A stretch of DNA of 55,677 bases, counting the filler, from Basidiobolus ranarum (lineage: Eukaryota): the NCBI GenBank assembly GCA_040143965.1. It is 5 parts of 5 records of this genome, joined end to end, with 100 filler letters (N's around TTAATTAATTAA, not from the genome) between each part and the next. Parts side by side here need not be neighbours in the genome. Positions count along the whole stretch, not along the records: positions 33,495 to 44,539 come from JASJQH010000643.1; positions 44,640 to 55,677 come from JASJQH010000644.1; 3 more parts are not named here. One strand, given 5' to 3'. Position numbers and translations under genes: made by a program. The notes below the pieces were generated by a model. It was not told where the DNA came from. It saw only the letters and a program-made list of their open reading frames with translations, and did not search any database. This document shows, piece by piece, positions 35,264-47,962 of this stretch; the stretch's first letter is position 1, and every line of letters starts with the position of its first letter.

Positions 35264-37379
35264 TCACGAAGGTGGCAATTGACTAGTACAGAAAATGGGA
35301 TCAATACATCGTTTCTGTTGAAAAATAAACAACTTTGACTAACCTCAGTTGAACTAGCTTTTTGCCAGGATAATAAACCTGAAATTGAAACTCGGTTGAA
35401 ACAAATGAGCCTGGATTAACGCATTGACAGCCTTCATAGTTAACGCTGAAAGGGTCAAACTTGTCGGCCAATATCAACTAAATAATCAAGTTAGACGAAG
35501 TAAACCTATAATATATGCTCTATTACTTACAGTATTTGGAATTGGATAGAGTCTCAAAGCATGGTCATAGGACCAAGAAATGGGCCGGACATGAAGCGGC
35601 AACGGGCATAGATGTGCCTCATCAATGATTGTACGAATCAGCTAGACATCGGCATTCAGTATTTAGTTGATCCAAAGAATACAAAATAATAATTACTTAC
35701 ATGTTTTTTCACGTCGCTCTCGCCGTTTTTACGTGATTTTATTACACAGTTGCGGCGCATTTTGTTTATCAAATCTTCGCGAAAAATGACAATTTCTTGG
35801 GTACAATATTTGATGCTATAAGTATATGGTTAGTGAGATTAGGTGAATATTAAATTCATTTCCCAACCATTCTACATTACCGACAGGGATTACTAGCGAA
35901 TATGGCGTTTGGAACTTGTCTTCGTAATTGCGAAGTAAAATGTTCCGGAATGGGTGGCCGTGGCAATACATCACCACCCCATGGATCATGTGGACCAGGA
36001 ACGAAGATAAAGTGGCTGTGTTGACAGAGCTCTTTGAATTCTCCAATCAGTGAACCAAGGGCGTTGAAATACTCTGGTAAACCAAAGCAAAATAATCAGA
36101 CTCTGATGAGGATAAGGTTAAAGAAACATAGAGGAGTTACCTTTATATGTCGCGGAGTCTTTTCCGGTGTAGAGAAATGGTTCGGAAACAAAATTACCCA
36201 TCAATATAAAAGCCAGTGGAATCAATGCGTTTGCATATCCCGTTAGCAGTGTACGAAGCTTTGGAATGGTCTACGTGACACACATCAATGTGAGTATAAT
36301 AATCCATGAATTAAAGGAGAAGATATGAATAGCAAACCATGGGATGATCCAACCACACGTCAGATAGGATCACAAAACAAACATCCTTCTGTGACTCTTC
36401 GATTTTTTTAAGCTGAGACTGTTCGAATCAAAAAAACACGTTAATCACAGAGAATATATCACAATAAAAACCAGGATGTACCATCGTTAGTGTTTCGTCT
36501 GGTGCACCAAAAAAGTTCACCTGACCGAAGACTGATCTGTTAAGTTTATGCAATTAGTAGGATTCTTGAGTAGATTTTTATCAGATGAATATTGTCAACA
36601 AATTACTTTGTGATTTCTCTTCTCTCAGGAGGTGGTAAACCGATTGTCTTCACTTTGAAAATGTTGTCTTCGGTATATACTCCATCCACGAGAACGAAAC
36701 AGCCTTCAGTGAAGAAACCAGTAGTTTGGTGCTATCTAAATATGAGTCATTGTTTGACGGAAGAGATATTACGAGAATCGGTATACTTACGGCTTCCTCA
36801 AAATCCAACTGCACGTGAGAGTCTAAATCTTCGAGGTAATATTTACCGTCCTCCATTTGAGTCAACATCCCGAATAAGAAAAAGGATTCATCCTCACGTC
36901 CAAGTAAAGAACTAATGGCAGTAAGCTAAAAGCGAGTATATCAAATTGTACCCTTTTAGCTCCAGTGACTCTTACTAAATCAGATATGTAAACTTACCTG
37001 AACGTATTCACCTTTGTCTCGATTAGAGAAGGCTGGTGGAACGAAATTTTCGTTTCTAAGTATTCTTTGCCTCAATAAATCATGTCTATCTCTAAATAAA
37101 GAGGCCTTATTTCCGGCAGTAGCGAATAATTGTGGCTTATCTGGGTGTCTATTGAAAGGATAAGTTATATACAACAACGAATTATGTGGAATTCAAAAAA
37201 ACCTCTTACGAAGAAAAATTCTTTCTAGTAAAGTTATACTTCCAACGAGGTACTTCGAAAGCATCTACAACATGGAGGTATGGTGTCACGTCTATGTATT
37301 CTTCTCTTTGACTATCTGAATCTTGTAGAGAAGGTGTATTTTGACTTGAGTATTCATACGTTTCAAGATCCTCGACCAT
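35264..37379 (-). CDS. DPB2: DNA polymerase epsilon subunit B (multi-exon; start and last exon approximate)
   Basis: Exons read [102 protein letters not shown]...DHALRLYP and CVNPGSF. Confidence 0.92.
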
Positions 37380-39613
37380 TTTTTAGTTGAACAGTGTTAT
37401 ACACAAGGATGATACCACCGATTACTAGAGAGATTACTCGTTGGATTGTAGACTGCTATTCAGGAAATGTTATTTGTTTTCCTTCATCATTAGAAATGAT
37501 TGGCCCTGTGAACTAGCAAATAGATGCTTAATATGCATCATAACCTCGGTGAATTTGGTTTATGTTTTGCTAGATTCGTGTTTTACTAGATTCAGTTACC
37601 ATATTTTACTATGAAAATTAACAACTTTATACTATAATGTTGAAACACCACATCTTCGCAAATTCATGAAAATCAAAATCATTAGTTGCATATAGAATGG
37701 CTTGACTGTACTAATTCCACTGCTAGATATGTTCCACCACTGAACATTTGGTATTCTCTTTACATTGATTGTGTGTTGTCTATATCGAATATAAATCCTG
37801 TTCGAAAGAGTATCTTTGTGGATTGAAGTCAGGGTATCATTTAGTTCAAGTACCTCAAAATAAGGTCACACTTTTATACAACAAGTGGCGAAACTTCTCT
37901 TGGAGCACTTTATGAAGTGTATTATGAAATTATTCAAATATTGTTACTGTAGTGTTACTCCAGTCCGTGACTCGGGAAATAAATTTTATGCTCACTTCAC
38001 ATGATAATAAAGCTAATTAATCAAATACCCATACTACACACTAATGCCACTTAGGGTTAGGACTAGCACGGATATACTGAAATAATAGACTAGCTCAAAT
38101 ATACAATCAAGCAAGATGGAATAAGGGTTGATCAAGTATGCAGGCTCTGTTCATTCAGCAGTGTTCATTTGGCTGCTGATAGTATATTTGTCGTGCAACT
38201 AGTCACTTGACACAACCTAAATTTGACCAGTAAGAAGTGCACTGATGGTGAACGCTGAGAAGGAGTATTTCCTAGACGTTACACTTAGTTATTGGTCAAA
38301 AATCACTAGTCTTTCCTTATTTGTATCGACTATCTATTCCAGTATCAAGGTACTCAATTGAGTTGGGTATTATTAGCACCATACACTCCCAAGTAATCGC
38401 AAGATCATGTATAGTAGTAAATATCGTTGATAGGCTAGGGCAATAGTGGCTTCAATTTTAAATTCCTGGTATATGAGTAGACGCTCACGCAGGCCAATGA
38501 ACCTTGATCTCAGTGGCCAGCTCAGAAGTGACAGATATTAATATGAAATTGGTGGAATCAGGGTTGTCATATCATAGATTACCTCCTGTAAGATGCTGAC
38601 GAGTCCAGTGTTTACATCAATATAGTTACAAACCAATTGACATTCAGAACACACATGATTGAGTGATATCAGTGGATTTAGCAGTGTTTCAGTGATCTCA
38701 TTGCCTCGCATGATCAATGATTGGTGCCAACTCTATATTTAGTATCACAAACAATGAAAACACAGCTAGATAGTTACAGAACATGGGCTATCTAGATGCA
38801 GACCAGTATCCACAGCCACAGAAGTGGGTGTGTGCTTTGTTTTTACTTCAACGCAAGAGTTTTCATTCATTGCGAGCCATGGGTGTATATACATATATAT
38901 AGTACAATCAGCACGAAGCAACAAACATCTATGAAGTCATTGTTGAAAACACACAGAGCAGAAGCCAAAAGAGTGTAGCAATTTCAAATTCGATAATTGT
39001 GCAGCAATCAACGAATTGTTGAGCAGTCCAAAAAGCCATACTTCCATCAGATTCCGATTGCAATTTAACTTAATTCAATCATATCAAATCCTGTAGTGAC
39101 AGAAATATATACAATATATGCACATATTTAATAAATTATTTAGTGTTACTTGATGGAGCTTTGAGATGTCCAAATTGGGGGTGAAAGGGGGGTACAGCAC
39201 TTCTTCGGTGCTCTCTCACAATAATTGGGTATGACGCCGAGTCTCCCATGGACTCCAGCCTCTTGGCTTCCATCAACTTATCTTGGCGATTTTTCTACCA
39301 TCAGGCTTTCTTTGCCTTGCATCCTGTATTGACTTAGGCTTTCATTTTTGCCTCTTATTTCTATTTGCTTTCATATTATTTACTATAATATCCAAGCTAT
39401 CCATACAATATTCCTAGAGTTTTGTGTATTATACCTGAGCCCCTGATTGTGTATAACAGTTACCAAAGAGCCATTTGCCAAAAACCTTCCCATATATTAC
39501 GGTATGGTTAAGAATGAAATTGCTATTTCTGGCATTGTCCAGCTAATTGATATACATATCTCACTCTTTTATTTACCAAACAGTCGTTATAAAGGATATC
39601 TCAACGACCTAAT

Positions 39614-41742
39614 ATGTACACTAGAAACCACCAAAGTCACCAAGTGACAGCAGAAGGCCAAACAGGTCTTTCAAACAGCCCATACCCTCTCCTTCCTGCA
39701 GCTCTTGTCTCTTCAACGAAAACCCCTTATGCCGCTATAGCGGAAAATCCTCGCAATATTCTCACCAACTCTATAGAGCAACTTTTCTACAGTGGCAGTG
39801 TCTCTGCTCCGTTTGACCTTCGTTTACTTCAATATGCTTGCTTCCAGTGCAAAACAAGACTTTTGAAGCATATAAGTAACTTTAATTCTCGTTATACAGA
39901 CCCAAATCTTGTTCATGAGCTATGCACACCCTGCAAATATGTTTTCCTAAGTATATCTCAGAAGAGCAACCAAAAATTGAAATTACCGCAACAAAATTCC
40001 GACAGTTGCTTGATTAGTCTGGATTCTAATCCGTTACAATCTACTCTTCTAAATGACGTATTCTTTTCCGTCCCGTCCCCCGAGAAATGCGAGACTGATG
40101 ACCTTGAACTCAAGAAATATGATTCTACTTCAAGATGGACGGATACTAACTCGCCTACACTCTCTCCCACCGATTTCCTGATAGATGAAGGTGAGAATCT
40201 ATTTGGGTTTGATCTGGATCCTGATTTTTCCTCGGATCAGTCCACTTTTGGGAGCTCTGATACCGAATCTTCGGAGACCGCATCTGTCCATTCTCCTCTG
40301 TCGGTATCTACCCTTAAACCCAAGTGTGGTTTTGAATCAGTCAGCCCTCCATCAAGTCCTACCATGGCAATCAGTGAGTATATTGATACTTCGGAAATAT
40401 TTCAAAACACCACGAGTTTAGATTGTCATTCTCCCTCCATACTCCAAGACAAGAAGCGACCTATGGAGACTTGTACAAACGGAACACAATCGGAATCCGA
40501 TAGCTTTCAAACCCCTACGAAGTTAGCCAAATTGGCTCATACATATTCTGAACTTTCCGCCAGGGATGTGGCTGAATCGCCTCGTGGGAAAGACTCTGAC
40601 GAGGATCATGAAGATATCAAGATAGAGGAGGATGTTCTTGTCGAGGAGGCCGCACCTCGCACAACCTCTTCACCCACGATCTTCGAAACACTCTCTGGAG
40701 CTCATGTTGACTGGTGTCGTTATTGTGGTACGACAGAAGGTGTTAATTGGAGACCAGGTCCATGGGGGAAACGTACACTTTGCAAGTGAGTCCTCTTTGC
40801 TTTTCCATAACTATAGCGATGATGTATTAATCAAAGGTATTCATTTTAGCAAACACGGCTGTGATTATAAAGGTTATGGCTTTGCTTGTAAGCTGCCCCG
40901 ACTAAATCTGACTGCATATGTGGATGAGTCTATTGATGAGCGCACGCGTCCTGTTCTTCAACTTTGTAAGTGGTTTAACGTGAAACAGATCATCAACAAT
41001 ATCTAACTCTAAATCTGTAAACCTTTACAGTCTGTACGGTCTGTCAAAAACAAGAATCGCATGTAGGGAATGTTTTGGTTATGTGTGAAGGTTGCCCCAA
41101 AGCCTTCCATCAAAAGTGTTGCCCAGGCGGTATATCTGATGAAATTGGTAAATATCCATTCCTTTGAATTTTATTTTGAATTTGCAAACTAATTTGAAGT
41201 TGTTGATCTCTAACAGTTCATGGACATGATCCTTGGTTTTGCGATGATGCTTGCAACGATAATCTCAAGAAACGTCGTATAGGTATGTTTTGTCACAGCA
41301 ACTTAGTAACCATAAAGCCATCCACTAACATGTCTGTAGTGGTTGAACTTCCTAGAAAACGACTCCCACTTATGTGCAACCCAAAGTCTACACCAGAATG
41401 TGGTAAGCCAAAGCCAACCAGTAAATCGGAGTCGCCTCGTAAGCCCCAAACTCGTAAAGCCACAAAGCCCCTTACTTCACATGGTATGTTCCACCCTGCT
41501 TCTCTCTATTTATGTCAATGATTAACAAATGTGCAACCTTAGAGTCTAAATCATATTCCAAGAAAGCTTCCAAGATTCAATCTGCTACGAAAGGCATAGC
41601 TACTCCAAATGATCAAGATTCATACTCCGACGTTTCACCATCTCGGCGTGTGGTACCTCGTAGTGGCGGCAAAAACCTTTCGCATTATGCTCTGATAAAT
41701 CGTACAATGAATTACTACGAGTCCTCATCAGATTCAGAGTGA
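39614..41742 (+). CDS. GATA-like zinc finger + PHD finger protein (multi-exon)
   Basis: The spliced product reads WCRYCGTTEGVNWRPGPWGKRTLCN|KHGC..., then CTVC...CEGCPKAFHQKC...WFCDDAC (C4HC3). The N-terminal region is Ser-rich. Confidence 0.8.
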
Positions 41743-42481
41743 AGACGTATAAGCCGCTTTACCACCCTTGCATATTTGTCCTACCTTCTTGTCCTTACCT
41801 TCCTTCACCTTTTGTGTCATCATAGTCGTATTTATATCAAAATTTCTTCAAAAGCTTTAATATTAATTCCGCATTTTGCTTTGCTCCTCACGCACGCACA
41901 CGCACACACACCCCTCACACCCTAGAAATGTTTCTCTCTATTTCTTTCATCGTTTATTTCACATGGAAAGGAAGAATCACCAAAATATTTTAATAGTTGG
42001 TTTATTTTTTCACCCACATTTGGCACCGGTGGCTTTTAAACTTATTTCTCCTAATGTGTAGAATAAATCCCGGTATATGATCAGTTTTTTTAGATCTACT
42101 AGAACCAAAGTCCATTCGTAATTTATGGTAATCATTAGACCTGGAATCAACTATCGTACTTTAGTAATGGTCCATTTGGTCCACTTGAACTATGGTAAAT
42201 ATTTACTTTGATCTTAATGCACTCCATAACAATGCCACCCTCCAGCCACCGATCAATGGTAATAAAACATCGGTATTTTATACGACGATAATTTTCAGGT
42301 TGTCATCTCATGGAATGAACTCAGCACATGTAAATCTGGGAATACAGTTTTTTCACTTTGATCTGGGAATAGTAAGCCAAACAATGTTTATCATTTCAAA
42401 GTTACGAATAGTCATACATATATGCTGGTAGTAGATTGATTGACCAGACGAAATGAATCCATTGCTATCTGTAAATATTGT

Positions 42482-43303
42482 TTAGATACGGGATTTGCGT
42501 TTCGCTTCGAAGAAACGTTTCAAATAAATCACTTGGAAAGCACATGCAGATATCAATACACCACTTTGGATAAAGGACCACCATTTCACACGACCGTTAG
42601 TACTTTCACATGCTACATTTTCATTGGACTATACGTTAATTTGGAAATTTCATTCGAACATGCAGAAAATGAACTTACTATTACGATGAGTACGCTCGCG
42701 CATAACAATATATTGTTGTTCATCCCTAACTTGGTAGATACCTTCACGGAGTCGGTAGATTTCATTCTCAACTGGACTGACAGCTAAATAATCGAAGAAC
42801 TTAATAAAATCCCTGATTGGAGATGTAGAAAATCGCTGAATAACTACCAGAGTCATCTACTTCTTCATTATAGGAAGCTTTGGTATTGCCATGAACATTC
42901 CACATAACGGTTCTGACTTCGGATTTGTAGTCTTCGTTGATGAAGCAATAAGTATAACGACCATCAGCGGGAACATCTACGGAGAACATGTCATCGCTTT
43001 GGCTAGATTTCCAGTGAATAGTACGGTTATCATCATCAGTAACCTATTATAAAGTGATGTAAATATGGAGTATAAGGGACAGGTACGTATAGGTATAAAA
43101 TAAAAGTAGATAATCCTTACCCGAAAGTCGATAGCACCGTCAGCTTCACCTACTTCGTAACTAATTAAGAAATGTTCACCTTGTTTGACCTCTTCAAAGA
43201 AACATTCGCTAGAATGAGGTTGGACTTGAAGACTGTGGCTCTTAACTACTGCTAGATAGCATAGTAAGAGTATACAGATTTTCAACATGCTCGTTAACGC
43301 CAT
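42482..43303 (-). CDS. EMP24: p24/GOLD family cargo receptor (Emp24/TMED2-like), multi-exon
   Basis: Signal peptide, ECFFEEV, DGRYTYCF, VRDEQQYIVMRERTHRN and ESTNGRVKWWS...QVIYLKRFFEAKR. Confidence 0.9.
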
Positions 43304-43840
43304 AACTATCTAATAGAACAAACTCTATGAATCACCGAGGATGAAAGCTATCTAACCTAACAACTCTTGATGTACCTCATCTCCGAGACTCATTAGCATA
43401 TAGTGCCCTCATGGTGTGTGTGCCTCTGATTGGCTCATTTTTGATTTTCAAATAGATTATTTTCAATTTTTTCATCATTTTTTGGCTAGTAATTAAAGTT
43501 TGTTTTACAAATTAGAGTACCGAATTAGCTAAAATCTTGAGCCAACTTGGATGCCCCTGCTCTTGCCCCAGTGGGATTTGTATATATATGCACGTACACA
43601 TTGTAACTTCTATTTCGAAATAAAAGAAGCAAAAAGCAGCTGCTACATTATCAAAGATTTATATCATTTATTCTGTATTTTGTCGTTTTTAAAATAATTC
43701 AACTGTTCGAAATATAACGCGAGGTGAAGGTGTTTGATACATTAGATAAGAGGAGAGAAACGGTAGAAATGTATAGAGCAACCATGAAAGTCTAAAATTG
43801 GTTTTGGGAATTCCCAAATAATTGGTTGACAGAGAAAAAT

Positions 43841-44539
43841 CTAGTTTTTCTTAGTGAGTGGTCTGTACACACCGACGACAAGAGCGTGATCACGTTCATA
43901 AGGCTCTAAGGTCAACTGTTCTTGGGGCTTGATGCGCTCTTGTTGAAGCTTCTTGACTTCAGAAGCGAAGACCTTAGCAGCATCAACAGTAGAATCAATA
44001 CAGTTAGCCTTGATGGAGATAACGATGTGACCATCATTCTTCAAGAAATTGTGAGCATTCAAAGCAATAATTCTAGCTTGATCAGGTTGGGCAACATCAG
44101 CGAAGATAACATCGACCATACCGACAAACATACGATACTTGTGAGGATGACGAGCATCTTCAATGATAGGTACTACGTTAGTACGCTTCTTGGCCATGTT
44201 GATAAGTTCACGACCGGGACGGTGAGAGAACTCGACAGCATACACAACACCTTCAGGACCAACAATATCGGCAACATGGGAAACAGTAGTACCGGAGGCA
44301 CCACCGAGGTAGAGAACCTTCTTACCGGGAGCAATGTGAACATGATCAACACCACCTAAGATACCAGCAGCCAACTTGGAACGGAAAGGATTCCAGACAC
44401 GGTACTCAATTTTGGTGCCATCAGGACCTTCAACGGAGACTCTCTTTTCACCGTAGACAGCTTCACCGGGAACGAGATTCTTGGTAACGAGCAAATCTTC
44501 CTTACCACGGGCAACGAAGACACCCTCATGTCTATGGGG
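43841..44539 (-). CDS. NOP1: Fibrillarin, rRNA 2'-O-methyltransferase; 5' cut by the contig end
   Basis: [50 protein letters not shown] and LEPYERDHA. Confidence 0.98.
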   Translation of the reverse strand, partial: PHRHEGVFVARGKEDLLVTKNLVPGEAVYGEKRVSVEGPDGTKIEYRVWNPFRSKLAAGILGGVDHVHIAPGKKVLYLGGASGTTVSHVADIVGPEGVVYAVEFSHRPGRELINMAKKRTNVVPIIEDARHPHKYRMFVGMVDVIFADVAQPDQARIIALNAHNFLKNDGHIVISIKANCIDSTVDAAKVFASEVKKLQQERIKPQEQLTLEPYERDHALVVGVYRPLTKKN

Positions 44540-44639
44540 NNNNNNNNNNNNNNNNNNNNNNNNNNNNNNNNNNNNNNNNNNNNTTAATTAATTAANNNNN
44601 NNNNNNNNNNNNNNNNNNNNNNNNNNNNNNNNNNNNNNN
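44540..44639. other. Artificial contig linker
   Basis: N44-TTAATTAATTAA-N44. Confidence 0.98.
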
Positions 44640-44847
44640 TTCACTATTTTCTCAAAACTTCTCCAAATCACCTCAAATTTTCACCCATGCTTAACAGGCA
44701 TGTTTGTTATGATCTAAGCACGTCCAATAGTCCTATTTCATAGTAAGCTATAAATAAGACATATTCAATTCAATAAAACTTAAGTGTCTAATTCACATAT
44801 CCAAATCTTGTCCAAAACACTTCCAAATCCCCTAAACACTTTTATCA
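44640..44847 (+). repeat. 3' portion of LTR family A
   Basis: Closely similar to ~16690-16897 and ends CACTTTTATCA. Confidence 0.9.
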
Positions 44848-44884
44848 AGATTTGTTTTTGATCTTCAGAATTGTATGTCTCTAA

Positions 44885-45500
44885 ATGTTTCTATTGGGAA
44901 GCAAAGATTTTACCATATTGGTGATCATTAAGAGACTTCCTTCATCTATGCACAAAGTTACAACAACCAATAACTTATCAACTCATAGATATGCAATTGC
45001 TTTTTCTAAACATCTTGATGGAGAAATGATGTATGTAGCTTTTAAATCTTCTGAAACTATAAATCACATGTTAACAGATATTCCTTTTGTCAAGAAAGTC
45101 CCCTTTGTTGGCCAATTTTTTGAAGGATTTGTACACTCTTGATTTTATAATATTGCAAAAGACATTCCACTTGGTGAATTTATTAAATTAATGGACACTA
45201 AAACAATTAAAAATATTGTATTTACCAGTCATTCACTAGGAGGAGCCATTGCTTCCAGTGTTGCTCTTCAGTTATTAGTATGGCCTAATATAAACAAAAA
45301 TTCTATTTGGATTTATACATTTGGGTCACCTCCAATTGGTGATATTGAATTTGGAAAATATTGTAAAATGCAATATTCTGATAACTTTACATCTTTTTAT
45401 AACAAGAGTGATGTTATTCCTTGCATTGCTAGAATTGCACTTAGTCTAAGTAAATCCATTTGCAACCAGCATAGCAGTTATTTGTATAATTATCAAGATG
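44885..45500 (+). pseudogene. Intronless class-3 lipase remnant
   Basis: One frame with a single stop: MYVAFKSSETINHMLTDI...VHS*FY...IVFTSHSLGGAIAS...IYTFGSPPIGD..F...NKSDVIPCI. These correspond to lipase_3 motifs VHxGF, GHSLGG, YTFGSP and DxVP. Confidence 0.85.
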
Positions 45501-45519
45501 GGTATATATTAAAAATTTT

Positions 45520-45757
45520 TTTGAAGAATGTCATTCTCAGACTCCAAGAGTTGATTTTTTTCAGACTGTTGCTTCAGCAGCTTAGATTAACTCCCTTAGA
45601 TCAATCCATGCAATCTCAGTTGTCCTTAACCTCACTTTGCATGAAGTGGATACAAAAAACACCTTACTGAGTTGAAATGTGTAAGAAGAGATTTATATGG
45701 AGCAACCTGATTAATATATTCATCCAAAAGAGCCAGATATGCTCTGAACACTGCAAA
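45520..45757 (+). mobile_element. Copia RT fragment
   Basis: Resembles 18270-18500 (CAGACTCCAAGAGTTGAT...GAAGAGATTTATATGGAGCAACC). Confidence 0.8.
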
Positions 45758-46810
45758 ATGGCATCTGGGCATATTCCAAAGAGCTTATATCCCCACAAGT
45801 GACAATAGAAGAAACATAAACTTGCATTCTTTGCTCTATCATAACAAAAGCAAATACATTACAAGCTGACCGGTTGTACCTATCATCACCACTAGATGGA
45901 TTTCCATAAGAGTATATATTTGATGGTTTGCATGATACATATGTCACCTAACTTAAGCATATACTGCTCATCAGGTTCCACAAGCCCTGTCTTGCCAGAT
46001 TCAAAAAGTATCTCCCAAAAAAGTTTACCCACCTTATTCCAATCTATTAGTGTACCAGAGAGTTTAAATAGCAGTCTAAGGAACTTTCCTGGAGAATTTT
46101 TAACATGAATAATTCTTGGGATTTGTTTGTAATAAGATACAGAGATCAAAGGATGAATTTGTTTGAGTTTAGTCCTCAGAGATTCAAACTTGCCAGCATA
46201 AAATCCTACAATGTATCTAGCAAACAGTATGGGATGGCTTGTGTCACAATTTTCATATGGTAAAACACTTTGTAACCAATTGTGTACCTCAAGAACTTTG
46301 TCTTCAGGGATATTTGAAAGCAAACACAGCATGAAAAGATGCTTAATAATGCCAGTGCTTTTTTGGTCTGGGGTTTCACACAAACACATGTATCCCAACT
46401 GGCTGGCACAAATAGCTTGCATATGGGTATTTGAAGTGTTCTTGTCATAAGGTGTGATAATTTTTCTAAACATAGAGAATATATCTATGACAGATATTTG
46501 CCAGACTAAGTTTACCATTTTGGAATATATTTTTCCATGTAAAATTTGTTAACCTTCTTCAAGAATGGTAAGAAGTACATCATCCAAAAAAGTTTGCAGA
46601 CAATTTTTAGTATCTGATAGCTTAATGGCATTATTTGAAATCTGATCCAAAAGAATACATGAAGCCTTTACAGTTTTGTTCCCATAATTGTCTAGGTCCA
46701 TAGGCTGAATGATATCCTTGTAAGTCATAAGGGTCATGAATGACAATGAGCAAAGTGTGTATGTAACATTTCTTTTATCTTATGATTGGAAATGTTTAGA
46801 CTCCTAGATT
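45758..46810 (-). pseudogene. Highly divergent, intronless DNA-directed RNA polymerase second-largest subunit (Rpb2/beta-like) remnant
   Basis: Motifs occur in Rpb2 order: DLDNYGNKTV (cf. DDRDHYGNKRL), QAICASQLGYMCLCETPDQKSTGIIKHL (cf. RQLHxxxWGxxCPxETPEGxxxGLVKNL), SPGKFLRLLF (cf. GRxxRPL), LVEPDEQ, YNRSACNVFAFVMIEQRM (cf. HNQSPRNxYQxAMxKQAM) and LEYAQMPF (cf. LxYPQxPL). There is one stop at 46549 and one frameshift near 45930. Confidence 0.82.
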
Positions 46811-46979
46811 TGTAAATCTTTGAGGGTGATGGAAATTTTGGATTCTGTCACAGAAAATATGAAGATGGTGGGGGAGGTGTGAAAATTGCATTTATTGGCA
46901 ATTTGCTATATTAACTCAAGCAAGTGCCCAGAGCATGTACAACAAGATAGAGACTGTTGCATTCCTGATGCGCAATATT

Positions 46980-47957
46980 GAGAAGGTGATGGTGTTGCAG
47001 ACTGGGGAAGAAACCCTGAAGCTAGAAATTCAACACCTGGGTCAACAATGCTCTATGGTAATGGAGCTGTTACATCAAGCTGATAGAAGTAACCAACCAC
47101 AGCACTATCCACTACACAAGCAGAGTAATGGCAAAAAAAAAATAAAAGTTCAATAACCAGGCACACTTGCTGCATGGTTATGGAGCCATTATTTGAAAGA
47201 GCAGGAAGCAACCAACCATAGCACTTTCCACCAGAGAAGGAGAGTATATAGTTACTTCTGCAACTACACAAGAAGCTATGTGTTTAAGGAGGCAATTTAT
47301 TCATCCTCTACTTTTACAAAAGAAGCCATGTAACCTAAGAAGCTATTCACTGACATTGGTTACATACATACTCATGCTATTGCTATATCTGAAGATAATA
47401 AAAGTAGCTTTTTTTTATAGCTGGAAACCCTACAGTTCATGGTATAACAGAATATGTAAATATTAGGCATTGCTTTATGAGAATAGCAATAGAAAATGAC
47501 ATTATTAACATTGTCTATTGCCCTACTGAAGAAATGATTGCAGACATCTTAACTTAAACCTTATCTAAAGCATAATTTGAATTATTGAGATATAAGAGAG
47601 GTTTGAGTGAAATACATAACATTTAGTGACTAGCAATGTTGAAATTAGGTGAGTAGATACTTGTCCCTTAGTAGTAAGTTTATTCATAGTATGCTACTTA
47701 AGCACTCAATTGTGACATTAAATAATATTTATTTATTGCTACAATTGAGATATATTGGATTGATCACTTCTTCAATTTCAGCTATTTTCTCAATACTTTT
47801 CAAAACCATCTGATATTTTTGTCCATGCTTTACAAGCATGTTTATTATGATCAAAGCTCATTCAATAGTCCTATTTTGCTGCAAATCTAGCAAGTTACTT
47901 TTTCATTAATGCAAATCATTTCCTATACACTTTCACATCCCATATACACTTATATCA
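46980..47957 (+). mobile_element. Copia RNase H remnant (internally reiterated) and 3' LTR (47637-47957)
   Basis: ADWGRN..., KSRKQPTIALSTREGEY and YCPTEEMIADILT, then TGTTGAAATTAGG...TTATATCA. Confidence 0.85.
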
Positions 47958-47962
47958 GAGAT

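Noticed and set aside
41888-41922. CACG/CA microsatellite (and poly-T tracts near 24990-25040)
   Set aside because: Common simple repeats in UTR and promoter regions.
43922-44359. 145-aa plus-strand ORF antisense to fibrillarin (and similar antisense ORFs over OPT, RPL40, RRG9 and the receiver domain)
   Set aside because: These are shadow ORFs expected from the codon bias of the real genes, with no independent motifs.
46935-47156. 73-aa ORF next to the polymerase relic as a possible viral gene
   Set aside because: It is an off-frame reading of Copia RNase H (ADWGRN...ALSTTQAE in another frame).
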